DNA from: Mobula hypostoma | Taxonomy: Eukaryota | Length of the DNA: 64,000 nucleotides | Direction: 5' to 3' | NCBI RefSeq assembly: GCF_963921235.1 | Contig: NC_086097.1 | Coordinates: 65,846,001-65,910,000, forward strand | Shown here: positions 1-10,179 of the stretch, piece by piece | Position numbering within the stretch: position 1 is the stretch's first letter | Layout of the letters: each line of letters starts with the position of its first letter | Notes under the pieces: generated by a model | Seen by the model: the letters and a program-made list of their open reading frames with translations, nothing else | What the model was told of the DNA's origin: nothing | Database searches by the model: none | Program-made: the position numbers and the translations under genes

Positions 1-2
1 TA

Positions 3-1685
3 GTTCCCACACCCCGCACTTCCCGTTTCTACCTCCTACCCAAGATCCACAAACCTGCCTGTCCTGGCCGACCTATTGTCTCAGCTTGCTCCTGCCCCAC
101 CGAACTCGTTTCTGCATACCTCGAAACTGTTTTATCACCCCTTGTTCAATCCCTTCCGACCTATGTTCGTGACACTTCTCACGCTCTTAAACTTTTCGAT
201 GATTTTAAGTTCCCTGGCCCCCACCGCTTTATTTTCACCATGGATGTCCAGTCCTTATATACTTCCATCCCCCATCAGGAAGGTCTCAAAGCTCTACGCT
301 TCTTTTTGGATTCCAGACCTAATCAGTTCCCCTCTACCACCACTCTGCTCCGTCTAGCGGAATTAGTCCTTACTCTTAATAATTTCTCCTTTTGCTCCTC
401 CCATTTCCTCCAAACTAAAGGTGTAGCTATGGGCACCCGTATGGGTCCTAGCTATGACTGCCTTTTTGTTGGGTTTGTGGTACAATCTATGTTCCGTGCC
501 TATTCTGGTATCTGTCCCCCACTTTTCCTTCGCTATATCGACGACTGCATTGGCGCTGCTTCCTGCACGCATGCAGAACTCGTTGACTTTATTAACTTTG
601 CCTCCAACTTTCACCCTCAAGTTTACCTGGTCTATTTCCGACACCTCCCTCCCCTTCTAGATCTTTCTGTCTCTGTCTCTGGAGACAGCTTATCCACTCA
701 TGTCTACTATAAGCCTACTGACTCTCACAGCTATCTGGACTATTCCTCTTCTCACCCTGTCTCTTGCAAAAACGCCATCCCCTTCTCGCAATTCCTCTGT
801 CTCCGCCGCATCTGCTCTCAGGATGAGGCTTTTCATTCTAGGACGAGGGAGATGTCTTCATTTTTTAAAGAAAGGGGCTTCCCTTCCTCCACTATCAACT
901 CTGCTCTTAAACGCATCTCCTCCATTTCACGTACATCTGCTCTCACTCCATCCTCCCACCACCCCACTAGGAATAGGGTTCCCCTGGTCCTCACCTACCA
1001 CCCCACCAGCCTCCGGGCCCAACATATTATTCTCCGTAACTTCCGCCACTTCCAACGGGATCCCACCACTAAGCACATCTTTCCCTCCCCGCCTCTCTCT
1101 GCATTCCGCAGGGATCGCTCCCTACACAACTCCCTTGTCCATTCGTCCACCCCATCCCTCCCCACTGATCTCCCTCCTGGCACTTATCCGTGTAAGCGGA
1201 ACAAGTGCTACACATGCCCTTACACTTCCTCCCTTACCACCATTCAGGGCCCCAAACAGTCCTTCCAGGTGAGGCATCACTTCACCTGTGAGTCGACTGG
1301 GGTGATATACTGCGTCCGGTGCTCCCGATGTGGCCTTTTATATATTGGTGAGACCCGACGCAGACTGGGAGACCGCTTTGCTGAACATCTACGCTCTGTC
1401 CGCCAGAGAAAGCAGGATCTCCCAGTGGCCACACATTTTAATTCCACATCCCATTCCCATTCTGACATGTCTATCCACGGCCTCCTCTACTGTAAAGATG
1501 AAGCCACACTCAGGTTGGAGGAACAACACCTTATATTCCGTCTGGGTAGCCTCCAACCTGATGGCATGAACATTGACTTCTCTAACTTCCGCTGGGCCCC
1601 ACCTCCCCCTCGTACCCCAGCTGTTACTCATTTTTATGCACACATTCTTTCTCTCACTCTCCTTTTTCTCCCTCTGTCCCTCTGA
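3..1685 (+). CDS. PLE RT-endonuclease ORF, partial (open from the window start)
   Basis: ORF 240..1685 extends in frame to position 3. Relative to copy 2 it has a 5-bp deletion (~615) and a 1-bp deletion (~655) that together restore the frame but scramble about 13 aa. Confidence 0.85.
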   Translation, partial: VPTPRTSRFYLLPKIHKPACPGRPIVSACSCPTELVSAYLETVLSPLVQSLPTYVRDTSHALKLFDDFKFPGPHRFIFTMDVQSLYTSIPHQEGLKALRFFLDSRPNQFPSTTTLLRLAELVLTLNNFSFCSSHFLQTKGVAMGTRMGPSYDCLFVGFVVQSMFRAYSGICPPLFLRYIDDCIGAASCTHAELVDFINFASNFHPQVYLVYFRHLPPLLDLSVSVSGDSLSTHVYYKPTDSHSYLDYSSSHPVSCKNAIPFSQFLCLRRICSQDEAFHSRTREMSSFFKERGFPSSTINSALKRISSISRTSALTPSSHHPTRNRVPLVLTYHPTSLRAQHIILRNFRHFQRDPTTKHIFPSPPLSAFRRDRSLHNSLVHSSTPSLPTDLPPGTYPCKRNKCYTCPYTSSLTTIQGPKQSFQVRHHFTCESTGVIYCVRCSRCGLLYIGETRRRLGDRFAEHLRSVRQRKQDLPVATHFNSTSHSHSDMSIHGLLYCKDEATLRLEEQHLIFRLGSLQPDGMNIDFSNFRWAPPPPRTPAVTHFYAHILSLTLLFLPLSL

Positions 1686-1883
1686 ATATACCTCTTGCCC
1701 ATCCTCTGGGTCACCCCCCCCCCGTCTTTCTTCCCGGACCTCCTGTCCCATGATCCTCTCGTATCCCCTTTTGCCTATCACCTGTCCAGCTCTCGGCTCT
1801 ATCCCTCCCCCTCCTGTCTTCTCCTATCATTTTGCATCTCCCCCTCCCCCTCCAGCTTTCAAATCCCTTACTCACTCTTCCTT

Positions 1884-1925
1884 CAGTTAGTCCTGACGAA
1901 GGGTCTCGGCCTGAAACGTCGACTG
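1884..1925 (+). ncRNA. Minimal type I hammerhead ribozyme
   Basis: agtc-CTGACGA-agggtctcggcct-GAAAC-GTC-gact. Intact CUGAnGA/GAAA core, stem I agtc/gact, short stem II, palindromic ACGT stem III. Predicted cleavage after GUC at 1920. Confidence 0.85.
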
Positions 1926-2058
1926 CGCCTCTTCCTATAGATGCTGCTTGGCCTGCTGCGTTCACCAGCAACTTTGATGTATGTTGCTTGAATTTCCAGC
2001 ATCTGCAGAATTCCTGTTGTTTGCGTTTAAATTCACTACTGCGAAGCCTCTTCCGGTG

Positions 2059-5000
2059 ATGCCTACACCGAAGAAGTTTAGATCCTCTCTTCGACGGGAG
2101 TTCAGTGAAACCATCTCTCACTGCTCCCCATCTGTAATTTCTTCGGCTCTTCAACTTTTCGACCACACTTTGACTCAAACTCGCTATCACAGCCATGTAT
2201 CCTTTCTTGGAACGTGCCTCCGTCGCCAACTTACTCCAGTTGGCTTTAGGATTCGTTTCCAAGCCTCTCAATTTGGACCTTCTGAGGATCCCAGGTACTC
2301 ACATTTTATTGACTCTGCCTCTCGCCGCTTCTCCCGTCAAGCTCTGAAGGTGACGCTCTCCGCCATGAGGAGGTACTTGGTGTCCCTATCCCAGACCCTT
2401 CCACACCTTCGGGACACTTTCTTCGCCGTCTGTAATGGTCCTACCCGGTATTTCATCCTCCGTCGGATCCACGCCTGCAATCGCCGTTTTTTTGACTTTG
2501 TCATGTTAGGCAAAGATCGCAAGATCTTACATATACGGACTCCAGAGCCTGCCGGCCCCGACGCTAGCAGGCATGAACTTTCAATTGCGGCCCCTGCCAT
2601 TGATCTCGGCGGCTCCAACACCTCAGGGCATATTCAAAACCCGGACTCCAGCAACGACCATGGACACCTTCACAGCGATTGCACAACCACCAACTGCGAC
2701 TCCAGCCTTGAACTCCAGGCCGGGTCTTTATGTGCTGCTGTTGTGACTCCCGTCTCCCCTTCCCCCAACAACACTCCGCAGCCCCGTCTTCCTCAGATCC
2801 CACCGTCAGCTCCTGGGCCCTCAGAGGCTCCATCTTCCTCTCACCCCAACCCTCCCCTCTCCACTGACACCCCCAGCCTCCCCCCTCCCCCCTCTGATCC
2901 CAGCTCTCATCCGTGCTGGGTCTTTACCATCCCCTCCGACCTTCAACTGTCGGAGGCAGAACGCTCTGTTCTCAGTAAGGGCCTCACGTTTGTCCCCCTT
3001 CGCCCACACCTCAGCGAGTTCTGTGTTCGCCACGATGCGGAACTTTTCTTCCGCCGTCTCCGTCTCCGAGCCTACTTCTTCGGCAAGGACTCTTCCACCC
3101 CCACCGATGACCCCTTCTCCCGTCTTCAACCCTCCTCTTCTTCATGGACACCCCGCTCTGGTCTTCTGCCTGCTCTGGATCTCTTTATTGCCAACTGCCG
3201 ACGGGACATCAACCGTCTCGACTTCACCGCACCTTGTCCCCATTCCAACCTCACTCCTTCGGAACGCTCTGCTCTCCACTCCCTCCGCACTAATCCTAAC
3301 CTTATTATTAAACCCGCTGATAAAGGGGGTGCTGTTGTAGTCTGGCGTACTGACCTCTACCTTGCCGAGGCACAGCGACAACTCGCGGATACCTCCTCTT
3401 ATTTACCCCTCGATCGTGACCCCACCAAGGAGCACCAGGGCATTGTCTCCCACACTATCAACGACTTTATCCGCTCAGGGGATCTCCCATCCACTGCTAC
3501 CAACCTTATAGTTCCCACACCCCGCACTTCCCGTTTCTACCGCCTACCCAAGATCCGCAAACCTGCCTGTCCTGGCCGACCTATTGTCTCAGCTTGCTCC
3601 TGCCCCACCGAACTCGTTTCTGCATACCTCGACACTGTTTTATCACCCCTTGTTCAATCCCTTCCGACCTATGTTCGTGACACTTCTCACGCTCTTAAAC
3701 TTTTCGATGATTTTAAGTTCCCTGGCCCCCACCGCTTTATTTTCACCATGGATGTCCAGTCCTTATATACTTCCATCCCCCATCAGGAAGGTCTCAAAGC
3801 TCTACGCTTCTTTTTGGATTCCAGACCTAATCAGTTCCCCTCTACCACCACTCTGCTCCGTCTAGCGGAATTAGTCCTTACTCTTAATAATTTCTCCTTT
3901 TGCTCCTCCCATTTCCTCCAAACTAAAGGTGTAGCTATGGGCACCCGTATGGGTCCTAGCTATGCCTGCCTTTTTGTTGGGTTTGTGGAACAATCTATGT
4001 TCCGTGCCTATTCTGGTATCTGTCCCCCACTTTTCCTTCGCTATATCGACGACTGCATTGGCGCTGCTTCCTGCACGCATGCAGAACTCGTTGACTTTAT
4101 TAACTTTGCCTCCAACTTTCACCCTGCCCTCAAGTTTACCTGGTCTATTTCCGACACCTCCCTCCCCTTTCTAGATCTTTCTGTCTCTGTCTCTGGAGAC
4201 AGCTTATCCACTGATGTCTACTATAAGCCTACTGACTCTCACAGCTATCTGGACTATTCCTCTTCTCACCCTGTCTCTTGCAAAAACGCCATCCCCTTCT
4301 CGCAATTCCTCCGTCTCCGCCGCATCTGCTCTCAGGATGAGGCTTTTCATTCTAGGACGAGGGATATGTCTTCATTTTTTTAAAGAAAGGGGCTTCCCTT
4401 CCTCCACTATCAACTCTGCTCTTAAACGCATCTCCTCCATTTCACGTACATCTGCTCTCACTCCATCCTCCCACCACCCCACTAGGAATAGGGTTCCCCT
4501 GGTCCTCACCTACCACCCCACCAGCCTCCGGGTCCAACATATTATTCTCCGTAACTTCCGCCACCTCCAACGGGATCCCACCACTAAGCACATCTTTCCC
4601 TCCCCCCCCTCTCTCTGCATTTCGCAGGGATCGCTCCCTACACAACTCCCTTGTCCATTCGTCCCCCCCATCCCTCCCCACTGATCTCCCTCCTGGCACT
4701 TATCCGTGTAAGCGGAACAAGTGCTACACATGCCCTTACACTTCCTCCCTTACCACCATTCAGGGCCCCAAACAGTCCTTCCAGATGAGGCATCACTTCA
4801 CCTGTGAGTCGACTGGGGTGATATACTGCGTCCGGTGCTCCCGATGTGGCCTTTTATATATTGGTGAGACCCGACGCAGACTGGGAGACCGCTTTGCTGA
4901 ACATCTACGCTCTGTCCGCCAGAGAAAGCAGGATCTCCCAGTGGCCACACATTTTAATTCCACATCCCATTCCCATTCTGACATGTCTATCCACGGCCTC

Positions 5001-5201
5001 CTCTACTGTAAAGATGAAGCCACACTCAGGTTGGAGGAACAACACCTTATATTCCGTCTGGGTAGCCTCCAACCTGATGGCATGAACATTGACTTCTCTA
5101 ACTTCCGCTGGGCCCCACCTCCCCCTCGTACCCCAGCTGTTACTCATTTTTATGCACACATTCTTTCTCTCACTCTCCTTTTTCTCCCTCTGTCCCTCTG
5201 A
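2059..5201 (+). pseudogene. Full-length PLE polyprotein (~1050 aa) with two +1 homopolymer frameshifts
   Basis: Probable start ATG at 2059 (MPTPKKF). Frameshifts at T7 (~4375-4381; T6 in copy 1) and C8 (~4602-4609). ORF pieces 1981..4383, 4214..4684 and 4785..5201 tile the protein. Confidence 0.9.
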
Positions 5202-5399
5202 ATATACCTCTTGCCCATCCTCTGGGTCACCCCCCCCCCGTCTTTCTTCCCGGACCTCCTGTCCCATGATCCTCTCGTATCCCCTTTTGCCTATCACCTG
5301 TCCAGCTCTCGGCTCTATCCCTCCCCCTCCTGTCTTCTCCTATCATTTTGCATCTCCCCCTCCCCCTCCAGCTTTCAAATCCCTTACTCACTCTTCCTT

Positions 5400-5441
5400 C
5401 AGTTAGTCCTGACGAAGGGTCTCGGCCTGAAACGTCGACTG
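5400..5441 (+). ncRNA. Minimal hammerhead ribozyme
   Basis: Identical to 1884-1925. Predicted cleavage after 5436. Confidence 0.85.
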
Positions 5442-5502
5442 CGCCTCTTCCTATAGATGCTGCTTGGCCTGCTGCGTTCACCAGCAACTTTGATGTATGT
5501 TG

Positions 5503-6775
5503 TAAGGCTGTAATGTTGGGTCTTTGAAAGGTATTGGTCAGCCCAGATTTGGAAAGTTGTGAGCAGATCTGAGCACCTTATCTAAGTAAAGATGTGCTGG
5601 CATTGGTGAATATCCAATACAGGTATACAATAATGATCCCAGAATGAAAGGGTTAATGAAAGGAGCTTTTGATGGTTGTTGGCATGTTCTTACTGGAGTT
5701 TAGAATGAGGGTTGATCTCATTGATACCTAACAAATATAGAAAGGCCTAGATAGGCCTAAATAGGGAAGGAGAAGATAGTGGCACGACGCTGCGCGCACG
5801 GCCGCTCCAGAATGATATCTGTATTTGTTAAGTAGGGGACCATGTTCAATCCTGATTTGATGGAGACAGACGTGAGAAGCACGGAGGAACATCTAGAGAA
5901 AGTTCTGGAATGCCCGCTTCGCTGCCGCTGCTACTGAGTGATCAAGAATCTCCGGAGGGGAAGGCCCCAAATCCTCAGCTTTGCCTATTGCTTGGTGGCC
6001 GGGGCCGGGGTCGAAGCACTCGGCAGAGATGGTGCTCGGTGCTCAGTGTTGGAGGGCTCGTCGGAGGCTCGAAGTTTTCGGACGGACTCAGGAGTCGGCT
6101 GTGGTTGGATGCTTCCAGGGTGCTGTATCGGCAAGTTTGCGGCGCTGGAGGTTCATGGCAGGGAGTGTTTTTCTTCCTTCTACCGTCTGCGTGAGATGAT
6201 GGGACTTTCAAGAGACTTTGAGACTTTTTTTTAACGTGCCCATGGTCTGTTCTTTATCAAATTACGGTATTGCTTTGCACTGTTGTAACTATCTGTTATA
6301 ATTATGTGGTTTTTGTCAGTTTTTCAGTCTTGGTCTGTCTTGTGTTTCTGTGATATCATACTGGAGGAACATTGTATCATTTCTTAATGCATGCATTACT
6401 AAATGATAATAAAGAGGACTGCTTGTCCTCATAATCTAATCTAATAATCTAATTGAGTGAATGTGGAGAGGATATTTTCAATAGTGGGAGAGTGTAAGAC
6501 CAGAGGGCACAGCCTCAGAGTCGAAGGCTGTCCTTTATAGAAAAGAGATGAGAAAGAATTTCTTTAGCCAGAGGGTGGTGAATGTGTGGAATTAAATACC
6601 TCACATGGCTGTGGAGGCAAATCATTGGGTATATTTAAAGCTGAGTTTGTTCGACTCTAGTAAGGGCATCAAAAGTTATGGAGAGAAGGCAGGAGAATGG
6701 GTTTGAAAGTGATCAAATGCTGAGCAGACTCGATGGACTAAATGGTCTAATGCTGCTCCTGTATCATACGGTCTT
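5503..6775 (+). mobile_element. Degraded CR1 LINE 3' fragment, interrupted at ~5766-6452
   Basis: Similar to the 3' end of the CR1 at 13570-14163 (agggtggtgaat.tgtggaatt, gagcagactcgatgg). Confidence 0.75.
5766..6452 (+). mobile_element. Non-autonomous SINE-like retroposon with a (CTAAT)n tail
   Basis: GC/CpG-rich 5' half, T-rich 3' half, AATAAA, then aatctaatctaataatctaat. Splits the CR1 between ggcctagatag and gagtgaatgtggagagg. No convincing ORF. Confidence 0.55.
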
Positions 6776-7296
6776 ACTGGTTTTATGTTTTCTGTCCTGT
6801 CTAAAAATATAACTTTCTTCTATACAGCTAAGCACCTAAAAGGCTATATTATTGATAAATCTAGAACCAACCGGGCATTTAACTATAATCCTGTTCATGG
6901 TTTCATGACTACTTTGAAAGATTAAATGTAAATCTGAGAACATTTTGCAACATTTCTTTTTTAATAATGCTTATTCAATATACCTGAATTTGCTTTTCAG
7001 CTCTTCTCCTTCCATGTTTTATTCCAGGATGAGTAATCCCTGTTGATTCTTCCTGCATTGCTCGATCACTCTTCCATCCATAGCTACAGGAATCCATTAG
7101 ACGTATCCGTCCCCTATTGAGTTTCACATCATAATAAAAGGGATTCTCAACATCTTTCTATGAAATAGTAAACTAAATGCAGCAGTGTTGATGTGAGAAA
7201 GGTTTTCTGCAGTTTTAAAGCCCTTTTCATATAGTTTGTGCAGAGGTGGAAAACCAGCAAGAACATCATTTTGAAATATATTTTATAAATTTCACC

Positions 7297-8173
7297 ATAC
7301 GTCATCTTCAGAAGTTTTCGGATGACTCTGCCATAGTTGGATGCATCAGCAAGGGAGATGAGGCTGAGTACAGGGCTACGGTCGGAAACTTCGTCACATG
7401 GTGTGAGCAGAATTATCTGCAGCTTAATGTGAAAAAGACGAAGGAGCTGGTAGTAGACCTGAGGAGAGCTAAGGTAACAGTGACCCCTGTTTCCATCTAG
7501 GGAGTCAGGGTGGACATGATGGAGGATTACAAATACCTGGGGATACGAATTGACAATAAACTGGACTGGTCAAAGAACACTGAGGCTATCTACAAGAAGG
7601 GTCAGAGCCGTCTCTATTTCCTGAGGAGACTGAGGTCCTTTAACATCTGCCAGACAATGCTGAGGATGTTCTACGAGTCTGTGGTGGCCAGTGCTATCAT
7701 GTTTGCTGTTGTGTGCTGGGGCAGCAGGCTGAGGGTAGCAGACACCGACAGAATCAACAAACTCATTCGTAAGGCCAGTGATGTTGTGGGGATGGAAATG
7801 GACTCTCTGACGGTGGTGTCTGTAAAGAGGATGCTGTCTAAGTTGCATGCCATCTTGGTCAATGTCTCCCATCCACTACATAATGTACTGGTTGGGCACA
7901 AGAGTACATTCAGCCAGAAACTCATTCCACCGAGATGCAGCACAGAGCGTCATAGGAAGTCATTCCTGCCTGTGGCCATCAAACTTTACATCTCCTCCTT
8001 TGGAGGGTAAGACACCCTGAGCCAATAGGCTGGTCCTGGACTTATTCATAATTTACTGGCGTAATTTACATATTACTATTTAACTATTTATGGTTCTATT
8101 ACTATTTATTATTTATGGTGCAACTGTAACGAAAACCGATTTCCCCCAGGATCAATAAAGTATGACTATGACT
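7297..8173 (+). mobile_element. 5'-truncated Rex1/Babar-like LINE
   Basis: QKFSDDSAIVG, LQLNVKKTKELVVD, YKYLG, RLYFLRRLRSF, FYESVVASAI, then an aataaag(tatgac)n tail. One in-frame stop at 7498-7500. Confidence 0.85.
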
Positions 8174-8425
8174 AATAGTGAGAAAGAAAGCTTCTCAAAA
8201 AAGAATGAACTGATGAGTAATGAAGAGAGCTAAAATTGGCATCAAATTAAAACAAAAGACACAGAATATTGTGAGGTTTAGTATTAGGCCAGAATACTAG
8301 GAAACTTTTGGTATAGTAGGTAAAGGATGCTGAGAAACAGATTATAAAGAAGAGAAATTAGATTAAGAAAATAGATCAACAAACAATGTCAAATTATATC
8401 TGATAGATATACAAAAGAGATAGCT

Positions 8426-10034
8426 CATAAACAAGAGAAAGTCTGCAGATGCTGGAAATCTGAGCAACACACACAAAATGCTGGAGGAACTCAGCAGGCC
8501 AGGCAGCATCTATGGAGCAAAGTACAGTTGATGTCTCGGGCCAAAACCCTTCGCAGGACTGGAGAAAAAAAGCTGAGGAGTAGATTTGAAAAGTGGGGGG
8601 CGGAGAGGGAAAAGCCAGGTGAGAGGTGAAACTTGGAGGGGGAGGGATGGAGCAAAGAGCTTGGAAGTTGATTGGTAAAAGAGCCAGTAGGCCATGGATG
8701 AAAGTAGAAAGGGTGGGGGAGGAGCACCAGAGGGGAGCAATGGACGGGCAAGGAGATAACATGAGAGGGGGACAAGGGGATGGCAAATGGTGAAAGGAGG
8801 AAGTGGAGGCATTACTGGAAGTTTGAGAAATCGATGTTCATGCCATCAGATTGGAGGCTACCCAAACAGAATATAAGGTGTTGTTCCTCCAACCTAAATG
8901 TAGCCTTATCCCAACAGTGCAGTAGGCCATGAATGGACGTATCGGAATGACAATGGGCAGTGCATTAAAATGGGTGGCCACTGGGTGATCCCGTCTGTTC
9001 TGGCGGACAGAGCATAGATGCTTGGTGAAGCGGTCTCCCAATCTACAAATGTTTGTACGTCATGTCGCACCAATATCAAAGGGCATCAAAGGGTATTGGG
9101 TGAAAGCAGGAGAGTGGGGATGACTGGAAGAATTGGATTAGCCCATGATTGAATGGCAGAGCAGACTCGACGGGCCAAATGGCCTACTCCTCCGATATCT
9201 TATGGTCTTATGATATACAAGAGGCCATACTGGGAGCACAAACACAGTATATAACCCCAACAGATTCACAGGTGAAGTGTCACTTCACCTGGGAAGGACT
9301 GTTTGGGGTCCTGAATGGTAGTGAGGGAGGAGGTGTAGGAACAGGTGAAGCACTTGTTCCTCTTGTAAGGATAAGTGCCAGGAGGGAGATAATTGGAGAG
9401 AGACAAATGGACAAAATCTGCTCTCAGGATGAGGCTTTTCATTCTCGAACAGAGGAGGTGTCCTCCTTTTTCAAAGAAAGACGCTTCCCTTCCTCCACCA
9501 TCAACACTGCTCTCAACCACACCTCTTCCATTTCACACACATCTGCTCTTACCCCATCCTACCAGGGATAGGGTTCCTCCTGTCCTCAATTACCACCCCA
9601 CCAGCCTCCGCGTCCAGCACATAATTCTCTGAAACTTCCGCCTCCTCCAACTGGATCCCACCACCAAGCCCATCTTTCCCTCCCCACCACTTTCTGCTTT
9701 CCGCAGGGATTGCTCCCTGAGCGACTCCCTTGTCCTTTCGTCCCTCTCCACCAGCCATCACCTCCCTGTGGTGCTCCTCCCCCATTCTTTCTTCTTTTTT
9801 CCATGGCCTTGTGTCTCTTTCACCAATCAACTTCCTAGCTCTTTGCTTCATCCCTCCCCCTCCAAGTTTCACCTATCACCTGAGGTTTCTCTCTTCCCTT
9901 CCCTCCACCTTTCTAATCTATTCCTCTGCTTTTTTGCTTCAGTCCTGCCAAGGGGTTTCAGCCCAAAACGTTGACTGTACTTTTTTTCAATAGATGCTGC
10001 CTGGCCTGCTGAGTTCCTCCAGCATTTTGTGTGT
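8426..10034. mobile_element. Older PLE insertion with inverted arms (minus arm ~8426-9413, plus arm ~9414-10034)
   Basis: The minus strand encodes the GIY-YIG C-terminus and 3' region. The plus strand starts at ICSQDEAFHSRT. Degenerate hammerheads at ~8525-8560 (-) and ~9940-9977 (+). Candidate TSD atagct at 8420-8425 and 10035-10040. Confidence 0.8.
9075..9213 (+). mobile_element. CR1 3' tail inserted in the PLE arm
   Basis: agggcatcaaaggg...gagcagactcga...cttatggtcttatg matches the CR1 terminus at 14030-14163. Confidence 0.8.
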
Positions 10035-10179
10035 ATAGCTAGTTAATACTGGTTTCTTAGGTGAAAGGAAGGGAAATAATAATCCAAAATAGAGAAATCA
10101 TTTTAAGTTGTAATTTTGTTTTGCCCTCCCATGGCCACCAAATATATCCCATCTTACTGTTTTTAAAGAAGTGGCTGCA

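Larger units (their letters stand above)
1..1986 (+). mobile_element. Penelope-like element (Neptune-type), tandem copy 1, 5' part outside the window
   Basis: RT (MDVQSLYTSIP, KGVAMGTRMGPSY, RYIDD), Cys-rich linker (YPCKRNKCYTCPY), GIY-YIG (VIYC..C..CGLLYIGET), pyrimidine-rich 3' region and hammerhead. Its 3' part is repeated at an offset of 3516 bp. Confidence 0.95.
1987..5502 (+). mobile_element. Penelope-like element, tandem copy 2 (complete 3516-bp unit)
   Basis: 5' leader, N-terminal domain, Pro/Ser-rich linker, RT, GIY-YIG, 3' region and hammerhead. Ends at ...gatgtatgttg (5502), adjoining a CR1 fragment. Confidence 0.95.

Noticed and set aside
1590..2000. Selenocysteine recoding/SECIS as in some PLE clades
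   Set aside because: There is no in-frame TGA at conserved Cys positions, and I could not identify a SECIS core.
1389..2271. Antisense and alternative-frame ORFs recurring in PLE copies
   Set aside because: They recur only because the DNA is repeated; low-complexity purine/pyrimidine bias explains the open frames.
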